A DNA stretch of 64,000 nucleotides from Paragordius varius (lineage: Eukaryota > Animalia > Nematomorpha), in the NCBI GenBank assembly GCA_964247055.1, contig OZ176050.1:5890001-5954000 (forward strand), in the 5' to 3' direction. Both the position numbers and the translations under genes were made by a program. The notes under the pieces were generated by a model. The model was not told the origin of the DNA and searched no databases. It saw only the letters and a program-made list of their open reading frames with translations. The number at the start of each line of letters is the position of its first letter. The first letter of the stretch is position 1. Below, piece after piece: positions 1-19,868 of the stretch.

Positions 1-502
1 GAATTACGCTTAGCTAATTTAAAAGCACAAATAAATTTTGAAAAATATAACAGAAACGCTTTGTTCACAGAAAAATCAGATAAAAATGATGATTTTTTAA
101 TTAGGAGGTTGAATAAATTTTAAATTAAGGAAGAAGCAAAAACAGGATGAAATATTGAATAGATCTGTACATTTAACTACTGGTATGAAAGATATTACCA
201 AATTTATTGCTAAAAGTGTCAAACATAGCGAAGATAATTTAAATTTATTAGGTATAAATCTTTTAATTGTAGCCGAGTCATCCAACAAAATTTCCAGCAC
301 TAATAAAGAACTCAAAACTATGGACATTAATTTAATACATTCCAAAAAACTTTTGCAAAAATTCGAAAGACGGCATTTAACTGATAAATTACTTATAGGT
401 CTGGCCATCATATTTTTCTTTCTCACAGTTTTATATATTGTTATAAAACGTGCTAGTATTTGGGGCCTTTTGAATCCCCGAAAATTGATACCCTTTTTAT
501 AA
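1..502 (+). CDS. BNIP1: SEC20/BNIP1-like ER SNARE, 3' part (5' end outside window). Exons 1-107, 130-251, 273-502; introns of 22 nt (108-129) and 21 nt (252-272).
   Basis: Spliced translation ELRLANLKAQ...FLIRR|KKQKQDEIL...NLNLL|AESSNKI...KFERRHLTDKLLIGLAIIFFFLTVLYIVIKR matches the Sec20 domain plus C-terminal TM of BNIP1 (LRKANL...YNRRELTDKLLIFLAL...TVLYIVKKR). Both GT-AG introns remove exactly the non-homologous stretches. Confidence 0.85.
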
Positions 503-2191
503 ACTATATAAATAAATTATTTTTACGAATAATTGTTATTTTATTGTATAAAAAACGATCATCTTAAATTTTACTTTATACAAATAATATACTTTTTTAT
601 TTAAAATCAATAATTTTTATCCATGTTTAACATTTTTTCATTTAAAAAACTTTTTAAATTAAGGATGGAATATTTGAAACCTATAATATTTATTCAAATC
701 ACTTTTATTAGTTTGATATGATTTTTGCATTATAAAAATGTGTGTATGAAAATTTAAAGAAATATAAAATTTTTATTATATAATACAATTTGTGCCCAAT
801 TGTTATCAAATATTACGGCTAAAGTATTAGAGAGCTGAAGGAATTTAACGTTTTGAGATTCTCAAACAATTTTTGTATAGTCATCCAAAAATGTTAATTT
901 TCTAAAAGTATATGAAGAAATGAACAAAATAAACAGGCTTTCGAATCTGAAACCCAATTCTTAATATTTTTGCAAAAATCAACCCGTGTCGGTTTCAACC
1001 GTTCAGAAACCGCTACCGTTCCGGCTACACAAGGTAGTTTAAAATAAAAAAGTTATTGTCCACTTCGTTCCCTTTTTGACCTGATTATTTAAAAGACAGA
1101 ACCAATTCCTCAAAAATGCGGTTGCTTATGCCGTTACGCATATAGTCGAAGGATGCATTAAAATTTCAAGAAAAAAATATGGCTCGCTATTATTTATTGA
1201 TACAAACGCATTAAAGGATACTGTTCATAATTTTAAAATTATTAAAAAAATATAATATTTAGTCTTTATTTCATTAAGCAAACTTACATTTATTCCCCAT
1301 CAGTCAATATATCCAAAAAGTGAAGAAACTACTCATTGATTATAATTTGGCCAACATTACAATGGCCTTACCAACTCAAGTTTTTTTTTAATACAGAGCA
1401 TATATATTTTCAGATTGGAATTAGTTTGACCACTATCCAATCTTAAGGCACGATAAGGATTTTTAATAAATATGATAAATGATATAAATAAACATCATTG
1501 CCTTTGTACTTTTTTCACCATGCATTTAGTCATTATATCTTTTCCAATAAATTGTATTTGACTGAAATTAGTTGATATCAAAGGTTTTTATATTAAAAGT
1601 TTTATACAGAAACCAATATAGGAACCGTTTCTAAATGTCAATTACTGGTTCATTCACTAAAAATATAATAAAAAATTATTTGGCCAGTAATGGGCTCTAA
1701 AATAAGTAAAAAAAAAATTACAAAGTGAGATTATAGATTAGAACATAAATATAGAATTATAAATTATTATTGTTATGTTCGCATTGAATTTATGTAAAGT
1801 TTTGGGCTCTGTTATAAAAAATTACAGTATGACATCTATGCGCCTTTTTCACATTGGTCAATTGATAACACAGTAGCGTGTGTTCTTAAACAATTTTTGT
1901 CCATAATTAAAGAAACAAAAGGAAAAAACTGTTCACTACTGTCCAGTGGCCAACAATAAATGGATCAGAAAAAATGCGCATACTATAACTTTCTCGATAT
2001 CTTATTAGAAGATAATTGAGTTTAAAGTTTTGATGATTTTAAGAAATAAAATATGAAATCGAAGAAATAATGTTAGGAGGGATAAATTTACGGTATATAT
2101 ATAACGTCATATTCAAGAATAAATCAATCATTAAGAAAGGTGTTAACTTGCTTACAAAGTCCTACCATTAATCCTTGTTAAGTACAAGAAA

Positions 2192-3365
2192 TCTATATAT
2201 TTATAAAAATGGAAAATGCTGGCTTTGTGATCTGGTACCGGAAAACCGGTAGACCCATTCATATCCAAACATCGAAAAAATATAATCATTAACGAATGCC
2301 CCGACAATAGCTTCGCCCTTTTTTGAAATATGCCCCCAGTTCGGGCCCACCCCGTGTGAAAAACGGGTTGAGACAATTTTCTGGCGAACGTGTTGGACCA
2401 TTCAATTTCAAATATGATTTTTGTTTACTTATTTTTGATCGCGCCGAACATAGTCGACTCACTTTTTTGATTTAGGCCCTCTTTTTACCGCTACCCCCGC
2501 AAAATGCCATTTTTTTCAAAAAAAACAAAGTCCACAAAAATAATTTTTTGATTGTATTTTTTTGCCCAAGGTATGAGACTGTAAAAATTTAATAAGGATT
2601 TTTCGTATTCCCTGGTAAAAGGCAAAAATTTTAGTCAAGCGTTTCTTTGATGATAGCTGCTGAGTAAGGAGTATCTATCATATGCATAGGATGTTAAAAA
2701 ATATATGGATAATAAAACATTATTTATGGTAATCTATATATTTATAAAAATGGAAAATGCTGGCCTTGTGATCTGGTACCGGAAAACCGGTAGACCCATT
2801 CATATCCAAACATCGAAAAAATATAATCATTAACGAATGCCCCGACAATAGCTTCGCCCTTTTTTGAAATAGGCCACCAGTTCGGGCCCACTCCGTGTGA
2901 AAAACGGGTTGAGACCACTTTCTGGAGAACGTGTTGGATCATTCAATTTCAAATATGATTTTTGCTTACTTATTTTCGAATGCGCCGAACATAGTCGTCT
3001 CGCTTTTTTGATTTAGTCCCTCTTTTTACCCGCTGCCCCCGGGTTTTTTTTCAAAAGTCCACAAAAATCGTGTCTTTGAGACTTGTTTCTGGAGAACGTT
3101 TTGGATCATTTAATTTACAATATGATTTGTGTTTACTTATTTTCGATTGCGCCGAACATAGTCGTCTCGCTTTTTTAATTTAGTCCCTCTTTTTACCCGC
3201 TCCCCCCGTAAAATTCCATTTTTAAAAAAAGCCCACAAAAATAATTTTTTAAATCTATTTTTCTCCCAATTAAACAATATATTAGTATGAATACACCGTT
3301 TTAAAATTCCTATAAAATCACATCTATTAAATAATATTTCGAAATAATCCACATATGTGGATCAT
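2192..3365 (+). mobile_element. Non-autonomous Helitron (family A), composite, 3'-truncated
   Basis: A|TCTATATATTTATAAAAATGG 5' end at 2192, repeated at 2733. Body matches the copies at 21969-23905, 43195-44905 and 55615-56503. The 3' hairpin/CTAG end is missing here. Confidence 0.75.
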
Positions 3366-3730
3366 TTGCGCTCATTTATTTCTAAATTGGAGTATGAATA
3401 TTTCGATATATCAAACTGCTAGCAATATTTGTCATTATTATATGGTACACAGCTATTGTTGTGACACAAAAAATATTTTAGGCAGCTCTTCATAATTTTT
3501 AGTGAAAAGGTTTATGATCGTAATGTTTTTTTATGGCCCTAAATATTAAATTATTTTTTTCAATTTAGAAAAATATTAATTATATTTTAAAACTAATTTT
3601 GATATCTATTTCATCATTTAGGAAATCCGTTTGATTTTGTTTTTCACTTATAGAATTACTTTTATTACAATGATTTCCAGGTTTTTTCTTAAAAACTATA
3701 CTTTGATTTTAATCCTACCCACCATGATGA

Positions 3731-3777
3731 ATATATATATATATATATATGTATTTATATATATATATATATATATA
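3731..3777. repeat. (TA)n microsatellite, interrupted
   Basis: Directly visible TA run upstream of MOGS. Confidence 0.9.
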
Positions 3778-3789
3778 ACTCGGTGACCA

Positions 3790-3842
3790 TTGAGACAAAA
3801 ATATTTAACTCGGCCTGCCAAATATTTTTGGTGATTACCACT
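3790..3842 (-). mobile_element. hAT terminal remnant
   Basis: Minus strand CAGTGGTAATCACCAAAAATATTTGGCAGGCC resembles the end CAGTGGTACTCACCAAAAAAATTTGACGGGCC of the hAT element at 31637. Confidence 0.5.
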
Positions 3843-3927
3843 GTTTTTAACAGAGAATAGAGTTTGGCCTAAAAGCCGAACGAACAGTTGTAAGATGTAA
3901 GCTCGTTTTACACGCATATTTATACAG

Positions 3928-10381
<6,454 letters not shown>

Positions 10382-13300
10382 ATTACCCGATTTATGAATG
10401 TGACAAAACAATTTTTAGTCTACCTTATGAACAATATCTTATTTTTATGATAGTACTTTTATAGTTAGTCAATATGACCATTAATTTAATAAATATATAT
10501 GTATTTTGATACTTTTTAAATAAAAATAAATCTATGCAATTCATGAGTTTTATATACTTTCTACTAATGCAAATTGTTTAATCTATTTTAATCCAGGCTA
10601 GATCACAAAAGTTAGATCAAAGAATGTATTAAAATTGAAACAAAAAAGCCGCTATTGCGTGATATAAATTTTTGAATTTTAAATAAAAAAATATTTTTTA
10701 TAAACGATCTTTATAAAATCAAAGCAATATTTTGGTAAATGTTTATGATGTATTCCAAATTTGGACCATGCCTGAAAATTAAAATACACTATTCTACCCA
10801 ACTTAATATCTCTGAACATATCTTAAGCCTCAAATTTTGATGAAACCTCGCCAAACTCAATTTTTAGTTTTAATATCAAAGTAACTGTTTTCCATTGAGA
10901 GTACGAAGAATACTTTAAAATTTGAACGGCTACATATTTTCATTGGCATCGAATTGTGTCTAGAATTGTTTTAGTGTTAAATACTCCATACATAATGATA
11001 AATTATGCCTTAACATAAAATTAAACATTTTGAACTAAATTTTTGTTACAAATATTAGCATATTTTTATCGCGCGCGATTTTGCTTAATATCAAGTCAGC
11101 CACGTATTTTATTCATGTTAAAATTTTTGGATACCTACATCAAAAGAATGATGAAAATTTTTTAATTTTGAATATGTATAATTTATACTAACAAAATATT
11201 ATGATTTAAATTCCATATATTATATAACTTGCGTTAAAAATTTTCGATTTTTACTGTCTCAAACATATGCCGCGAGACTTTGTTTTAGGCTTTCAAGTGT
11301 GGATATTTTTTATAAATTTCCCAAATTAATTAATTATTTTTTAAAAAAATCCAAATAAGACTATTGCGGATAAAAAAACAGTTTTTTAATTTTTCGCTAG
11401 TTTCATCTACATTATAGGTTATCATTACTTAAAATAAAATGATTATTATTATATAAATTTATCCTTAATACTCACCGGATTGGACTATACTTATTTCAAT
11501 AAATTTTAAATAATTTTTTTTATTTAATAATATTATAGCAATGCACCCAGATTTTTGAAGGTGTTAGTTTTTTGTTATAAAAGATGAATTTGCATATATT
11601 TTCCCACAGGTATTCTAATACTAATGTGCCAAAAATAATTAAGATCAATGTAAATTTTTAACTTAAATTTTAAGCCATTTTGTAGACGGTTTCGATTCCA
11701 AAACCCATTTTGAACCGTTTAAAATGCACAAACATAACAATCAATCAATCTTATATTCCACATTTTTTAATATTCAACAGCAAATAAATTTTTTGTGTAA
11801 GTTTATCGATAACTATATCCCCAAAGTTTGACTTAACGTCGATATTGAATTCAATATTATTATAATTTTTATTAAACAAACAACAAACTCTTACATATAT
11901 AATAATACGTAATATAATTTATTTTAGCGTTTCTTCAAGATAGATTCTATAATCATAATTTGCATTTTTATTAAAAAAAAGTTTACTCATTTTTGACAAC
12001 TTGCGATTGTTTAATCGTCGTGAAATTAATTGGATGAGTAATTTATTTTATATTATGTTTAAAATTTGTTTGGTTTTCTTGTAATAAAAATAATCTTGTC
12101 TCATGGGATTTTTCTTTCTGTTAACATTCATGGCACTTTTTACTTATTATTAGTGTTCATGATTGATTTTTCAAAAACTTTAAATTAATGATCCTGATCA
12201 TTTCATAATATAGCATATACAAAATAAATTGGATCTAACATTTATTTATGATATTGAGCTTATGAAGCAAAATGCAATTATTATTTTATGACCAAAGTTT
12301 TTTTAATATCCTTAATTGGTAACATAAAAAGTCTAGAGTTGGTCGAAATCTAAGCTCTCTTCATTTTTTTCTCTCATATTGAGTTTAACTAACCAAAAAC
12401 AAAATTTTCAAATATATATTTATGCCACACGCACATACTATATGTGTTAGTAGCGGCTTAATTAATTTAGTGTCTTTTTATTATCACAAAGAAGAATCTT
12501 TTTCATCATATTTTTATTAGCTTTTTATATACTTTGTAGTTTGAATTAGATTATTAAAAGTTTCCATATTTCATTTTAAAAAATATTATACTTAAATTTA
12601 TGATACTACTATTTCATTTTATTGGTTTTTTCAACACAAACTAAAAATATTGGATGATAATTTTTGCCGTATCAAACCCTAATTTAGTTTTAATTAAAAT
12701 GTAAAAAATAACATTTAAGTATTACTAAAATTAATAAATGGTTGGATATTTTAAAATATGTGTTTTTAACAAATGCAAGTAAATACCCTAAAACGAGCTA
12801 CATATTTATACGGTTTGACTGCGAGTTATATTGTTATTGCCAAATAAAGTCATTTTGCGCTCTATTTGAAAGTGCTTAAATTAAAATTATATTTTTGAAT
12901 TAGGTGATACTCAAACCGTGGCCCTAAAAGTGCTTGTGTTTCTGACCCTGAATCATATAAGTTTTTTTATGTGTTAATTATGAATATAAATATCTGAAAA
13001 TACGTCAAACAGCTATGAAATTTTGATCGGTTTAATATGGTTCACGGCCCTTGAGACAAGGTAGATATTTTTTACGGCCTTTTAAATTTTTTTGGGATCA
13101 CTTGATTAGATTGTAGAGTCCATGATATCCTTCCGTCAATCCTAATTTTATTAATTCGATCACTATAGAATTGATAGATTTGACTCGGTATGTTTCAAAT
13201 GGCCGTAAATTATATTCATTGTTTGCATAACCCAAAAGAAATTACTTTTTTAATAATATTTCCTATGCGATAATTTTTTTAAATATATCTAGAATAGAGA

Positions 13301-13801
13301 GAGAGGATAGAAATAGTAGATAATTTTTATCGTGATCAAATATATTTTTTAGTTAGCCTTAATAATAATGATCAAAGTAATAATTTCGACTATCATTTTT
13401 GCCAACTAGAATTTGATTAAATGCGTTTGTAATTACTTCAGTTAAACTAAAAGCTAGCTATTTCTCACTTAATAATAATTACATGGTGGAAAATACATAA
13501 ATAATGCAAATTATATTGGCTATCGATGTATCCCTTTTGCTGCATGTTTCAAAAATATTTGGCATAATGATAAGACCACTTTTCTATTCTTAGAAATCCA
13601 ATAAACGAAAATAATAAGAACGATGATTATGATTGTTATAAATATACAAATAAATGAAAGTATTTGTCCATGCTGTTTTGCTATTTAAATTATACGCTTG
13701 TCTGTGTCGCATCCATTTTTTTACCGTTTCAAAAAAAAAATTTTTGTAATTTTTTTATCTCATTTTAACTTAAAAATTTATCATTCCTTCACGAATAAAC
13801 C

Positions 13802-16800
13802 ATGGGAGTCTTTGTTTCAGTTGCCCGGCCTGACGATCCTTTATCAAATGATGACGATGAAATATATTTAAATGCCCCATTTCCTGGAAACAAAAATCAA
13901 AGTTATAACTTTACATATATTTTAAATAATTTTTTGGTCCTGAATTAAATATTTTTCCCATACCATAACATTGTAAAAACTATACTCCAAATTTTGAAAA
14001 AATAGTTTAATCTTTTATAAATCAAAGTAATATTACAACTCTTATTGGAGCCCTGGCAAATATTTTTATGTGGAACTTGATTAAATGTTTGGTAAGAATT
14101 AGCGATTCAAATTATACCCAATATTTTTAATTTAAGCTATCTAAAACAACTAAAATTATCAAATAATTTTAATATTAAAAATATATTTGCGATAGGTGTT
14201 ATTTTATCAAGAGATACAGTTAATTTATGGACTTAATAAATATGGTAATGTAAAAACATTATCATACCGTCATTTACAATTAAAAATTTTTTTTGTTTAT
14301 TTTAATCCACCGCTAAACTTTCTACAGCTCATGGAGTGAAAAATGTAATAATAGGTTAACTTACATTCATTTAAGCATATCTTGAATGCATAATAAGATA
14401 TTTACTTGAAACCTCTGCCATCAATATTGGAGGTAGCTTTTAGTTGAGTAATTATGTGAACGACACGGATCTAAACTCGACTTTTATTGTAAATGATATA
14501 AGTATAAAGTTTACTTTTTTTTCATATGGGTAATAAATTACAATTAAGATCGGAATGTCTTAATGACATACCAAAGTGATGAATCCTATAGGTGTCCAGT
14601 AACAAATGCTAACAACTGCACAAACTAGATAAAATGAACAATAACCATTACAAAAACGCCCTTTGAAAAAATTGGTATTTTGCCGACATCAATTTAGATA
14701 ACTATGTAAGATTTATTTCTAACACCTTATAACTATAAAATCAATGATTTAAAAAAGAAAAATATAACTCCAGATTCGGAATAAAATCTAAATAAAAAGG
14801 AAGACGAAACGCCAACATATCGACCATGAACAAAATTAAACCTATTCTTTATTCTTCAAAATTTCGGCGACTAAAGCCTCTTTTCTGCCACTTCATAATT
14901 ACTAAAAATAATATTCGTAAGGTTTACGGGATTTATTAGCTTCTCTGTGACCCAATAAATTATGGTTTTGGTATATTTTTTGCGATTGGTATTAATTTTG
15001 AGTTGTTTCTAAATCACATAACCAATATTAGAAGTCAATAAATTTTAGCTAATACCTCTTCCTTTAATTAAATCATATTTATTAATTAGAAATTCAAAAT
15101 GGAACCAGCGGATACCAAAAGAAATCTGTCGGTAAAACCGGAAAATTGAATGAAATGGGAATAGTATCGTCTACTGAGCATAAAATTTATTTGTCACTTG
15201 CCAATAGACGAAGTTTTATTTTTAAATATAATTTTAATTTTCAGATATTTTATTATTTTTGGCTAAAAAGCCCATTAGCCACAGAATCAAAAATTAAAGT
15301 CACTTGGGGTATAAAGTCTGATTTTACACATTGTTTATAGTGAATATAAATTTTTTTCTTTATGAATAATAAACATAAGAATAAATAATGTGTATAGATG
15401 ATAAATATAATAATATGATTCAATAAGCTTTACTTTCAAAAGTGAAACATTTAAACTTCCAAAACTGCGTTTTTGATAAATATAGAATTTTGATGGTTAA
15501 TAATTAAATATGATATAAATAAACATGTTGTAGCGTTTTTTATCGTTAGTCTTAGAACCATATCCTTTGAGTAATTTAATGTGGTGCTATGAACTGGGGA
15601 AAATATAATTAATTATTTTGAAATATCAAACTAAATAAATTAATATTTCGCTGGATACTTTACCGCAAAAAAGTATAAAATAAAGCAAGTTAAAATATAT
15701 GATTTTTTATAACGGCAATGTGCAATAGAATTATATAAAACCACAAAATATGAAAATTATTACCATTTAATATATGTATAAAACTTTACCGCTATAAAGA
15801 ATTTTATTGTAAAAAATGGAATTAGATGCTCTTCCAAGGACCTAAGATATAGACGTAATAAAATTTAATGTATTTTATCTATTTGCAACCAGTCAAAAAT
15901 ATTTATAAATATATAAATTTTGTCAGACAGTATTGTTAAAAATCTTTTCCGACTAAAATGCTACACAACGCTCAGTTTGTTTTCTGAAAGCCGTTGGTTT
16001 TATTTAAAAAATACTGAAAAACATACTATATTTTATAATTATACAAATTTTTATATATCATTTTATAATAGAAAACATTCAAACACTTTCTCACGAAACA
16101 GGTTTCGCGAAAAATGAGCTGAGATTATATTATCGAGCATTCAAACAGGTGTATGTACATTCTAAATTTATAGATATGCCCGTCTGGCTATATGACATTT
16201 AATCATTTCCGCGAAATTTTTAAATTGATATTCCCCGAACAAAGTATATAAATTTTTTTGAGAAAGATCTATTTTGGCAGGGATTTATTCTGTCATTTAT
16301 TATAATTTGGTAGGAAAAATTATTCAAGTCATTATTAAAACGGTCAAAAATAGGATGCTATTGGTTATTTAAATAATTTATATAAAAGAATTAGTTGTTA
16401 CTTATTTAATAGGTAGAACGCCTTCATTGATAAAATGACGAAAGGTTGAACCTTTTATTTATATTAAGTTGTGTCATGTCGTTCGTTGGACAAGAAAACG
16501 TGCTTTTCCAAATTAACACATAAATTATTTATTTAATTTGTTGTGCGCATCTTTCATGCAAATGCAAATTATATTATTATAATATTTATAATAAATTAGA
16601 TTCTTATCAATATGCCTACTACATTTTTCAAAGCTTTGATCAAAATGGTTACGGATTTTTAACTTTTGAAGTATAATAACGTTGTATCCTTAAAGCTAAA
16701 TATATTTATATTATATATATATATTACTTACTTTATAAATTAAAGTTTCATCATTTCCCACATATCTGGTTCTTTGTAGGATTACATTATGAATTTGTCC

Positions 16801-18037
16801 GTAATAAGCAAAGGAACATACATGGACAAATTAAATTGGATTTTTGATTTATATGACATTGACAGAGATGGTAAAATTGGTGAAAGGGATTTCAGAAATC
16901 TCGTCTTATCCATTTTTGAATTGCAACTGAATGTTAGGGATGAACCTCAAACGGTTCACAAAACACACTCTACGACGACACACACGCTGAAAACTCCACT
17001 AATTTTGAGTTATTCGTTAGCTGAATCAAATAAAAAACCGTACTATAAATTGGATGATATTTTAGTCAAAGTACAATCATTATATAAAGTAATACTTTAA
17101 TATATCGTATTACCGTAATTAAATTGAAAAATAGCACATAAATTAATAATATATATAATTTTATACAATAATTCAAAAAATATTTTACAAGTGTTTTCAC
17201 CAGAATTTAAATTTGGTAAAGATACGAATTATATGTATCATAAATGACTTGAATTAAAAAACCTCATTAAATTAAAACGTTTAACTAACATGGCCCCACC
17301 CTTTATCTTGTCCTATAATTATACAAAATCGCAAATACATTAAAAGTTTGGGATGTAAAATATTTCATTGCATATTTGATATTTTTTTAAAAAATTGTCG
17401 CTGCAATGGTCATTAGTAAATATAGCTAAAATATTTTTATTATAGAATATAAATTTAACAGTTTTTATTGTTTTTCGAAATCGTCAGTTGGTTAGCATTT
17501 ATAGTAAAAAAAATTAACTGAAATCATACGGACAAAACGTAATAATATAAAGACAAATATTTTTTTCTAAAAGACAACCATACTTTTTAAATCTTGATTA
17601 AAAATATAACACATTGTTTAAAATGACAAAATGTAAAATAGATATATGTAACTAACACAATGAATTTTATATTTTACAATTGTAATTAAATAGCTAATAT
17701 GGGAAATATTAAGGTTTAAGAAGTATGGTTGTCTTTTCAATAAAAACATTTGTCGTGATATTTTTACGTTTTGTCCGTATAATTTCAGTTTTTATTGTAA
17801 TTACAATTTTTATGTATTATTTTAAAATTAAAATTTGTATAAATGGTTATATATAGTCTTTTTGCTTTTATCTATTAGAATTTCGCCGATAATCAACAAT
17901 ATTTGACCCGCAATCAATTTTTTCAGGTGGCTCGAAAGGTATATTTTTTTAATTTTTATAATTAATGTTTACAATATATTGCATAATTATAGTTGAACAT
18001 AGAAAGCAAACTTTCCAGCATTGAATCGTTTTTTTGA
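13802..18037 (+). CDS. Neuronal calcium sensor / KChIP (calsenilin)-like EF-hand protein. Core exons 16111-18037 are firm; N-terminal exons (13802, 15089) are tentative.
   Basis: GFAKNELRLYYRAFKQ|ICPSGYMTFNHFREIFKLIFPEQ|..YAYYIFQSFDQNGYGFLTFE|DYIMNLSVISKGTYMDKLNWIFDLYDIDRDGKI follows the KChIP/NCS pattern (FTKKELQSLYRGFK, CPTG, AFD.DG.G.I.FEDF, KLKWAFNLYDINKDG). Stop TGA 18035-18037. Candidate first exon MGVFVS... at 13802. Confidence 0.75.
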
Positions 18038-19868
18038 CATGACCAAATTTTTTATCACATTATATTAAATAAACTTTTTATTAAAATACATGTATTTGAT
18101 CCGATTTCTGCGATAAATTAAAAAGTTTAAATAAAAGCTTTCTCCTAGGTCCATCCATTATTTTCTCGGTCGTTCTAATGTGAACACATGAGCGGGTTTT
18201 CGCAGTATGATATAGCTTTAAAAAAGTTTTTGCAGGTTATTGCACATATATGATTTTTTAATTTTAAAAATCATTATGGTTTATGCCGGTTACAATAACT
18301 TAGAAAAATATAAAACTCATATTTAACGGTTATATTACAAAAAAGACCTTATCTTTAAATCAAGAATATGCATGATAATTTCATATTATTCTTTTATCTT
18401 TAATAAGTAGCAGAAAAGCGGACGCATCTAAGTTGGTAAAAAATGGCAAAATGGTATAAAATTAATTTTGAGCAAATGATTTCCGAAAAAATCAAAATGC
18501 GAATCATTCCAAACTTTAACAACTGTCATTTCAATGATCTTACAAAACTTACAATAAGAGAGTTAAATAAATAATGGCTAACGGGGCATATGATATAAAT
18601 ATAGAGTTCTGGAAACTGTGGGTGGGATATTTGAAAAGTTATTAAACCAAACAAACATATGAAAGGTATTATCGAGCGAACGGGAGATTTTATAAGATGC
18701 ATATTTTAAAAATAAAGTGGGGTTAAAAGAATGTAATAATTACATGGGCATTGCAAGGGCCATACCTGATCGTTAAATGTTATTAAGGATTTAAAAATTA
18801 GTAAGTATATAAGTATCATTTTGTTATCCCAGAAAACTAGGTTATGTTTAATAGAAGTCTTAAAATTGTATCTTTAAGACAATTTTCTGGAAAACGTGTA
18901 GGTCCATAGAAATTCGAATAATTTTTACGAATGGGTTGAACACAAATCAACCAGTTTTAACTGAGACTATAAATATATTTAGATGCTCCTTCGTTAAAAT
19001 TGCAAAAAATAAATCCAATCTATATTTGGCACAAGTAATCAGGTTTAATAATAAATAGTAGTCCCTGTATGAAGGCAACAATTTTAGCCTAGTGTTTTTT
19101 AATTAGCTTTTGGCTCCTCACCCTCTATAACACCATATAAAGATAACGTGATTTTGAAGCCTATTTTCGCCAAAGTTATAGGAGCATATGAATTCAATAA
19201 TGGTTTTGATATCACGCATAAAAATTGTAGTTAAAGCTCCTTTTTAATCAAATGGTTGTTTTTTCCAGTTTAAAGGCAAAATGTTGGTGAGGTTTTTAAT
19301 GAGTCCATGGTTAGGGCACACCTTTAAATATACCACCATATAATTATTACATGACTGCGTACTTCTATAATGACACTAAATTAAATGGCTAATTAGAAAT
19401 CATGTGGGAGGCAAATGATATTTCAATCTATCTATTCTACGATACTTGCAAACAATATAGGATTAGGAATTTCTATTAGCATCATTTTTTCAGCTTGCTT
19501 ATGTCATCAATGTCATTTTAAATTGAAACGATCAACATTTTGCAATTATGAGTTTGCCGGACCGATACATTCAATTGTATAAAAGAATAATATGTATTTA
19601 TTTAATATAAAATACTAAATAATGTGTGTGACTCTTTAATTGTTTTGTATATCAGAAAATATTTGAAGTAAAATTTAACAAAGAATAATCTACAATTTTA
19701 ATTGTTAATAAGGATATATTTCATTGATTATGTGCAATGTTTTGATGATAGTAAAAAAATATAAAATACTTAAAAATGATGATACGAGCAAGAAGAGATC
19801 TTAAATCAAACAATTGAGCATTTAACAATAAGGAGAGTGGAAATATATAACGTATTAAAAAATATTAT

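Noticed and set aside
2152-3352. ORFs at 2152-2942, 3137-3352, 22804-22989, 43191-44243 and 56439-56735 as host genes
   Set aside because: They are wholly or partly readings of the Helitron repeat, with frames varying between copies.
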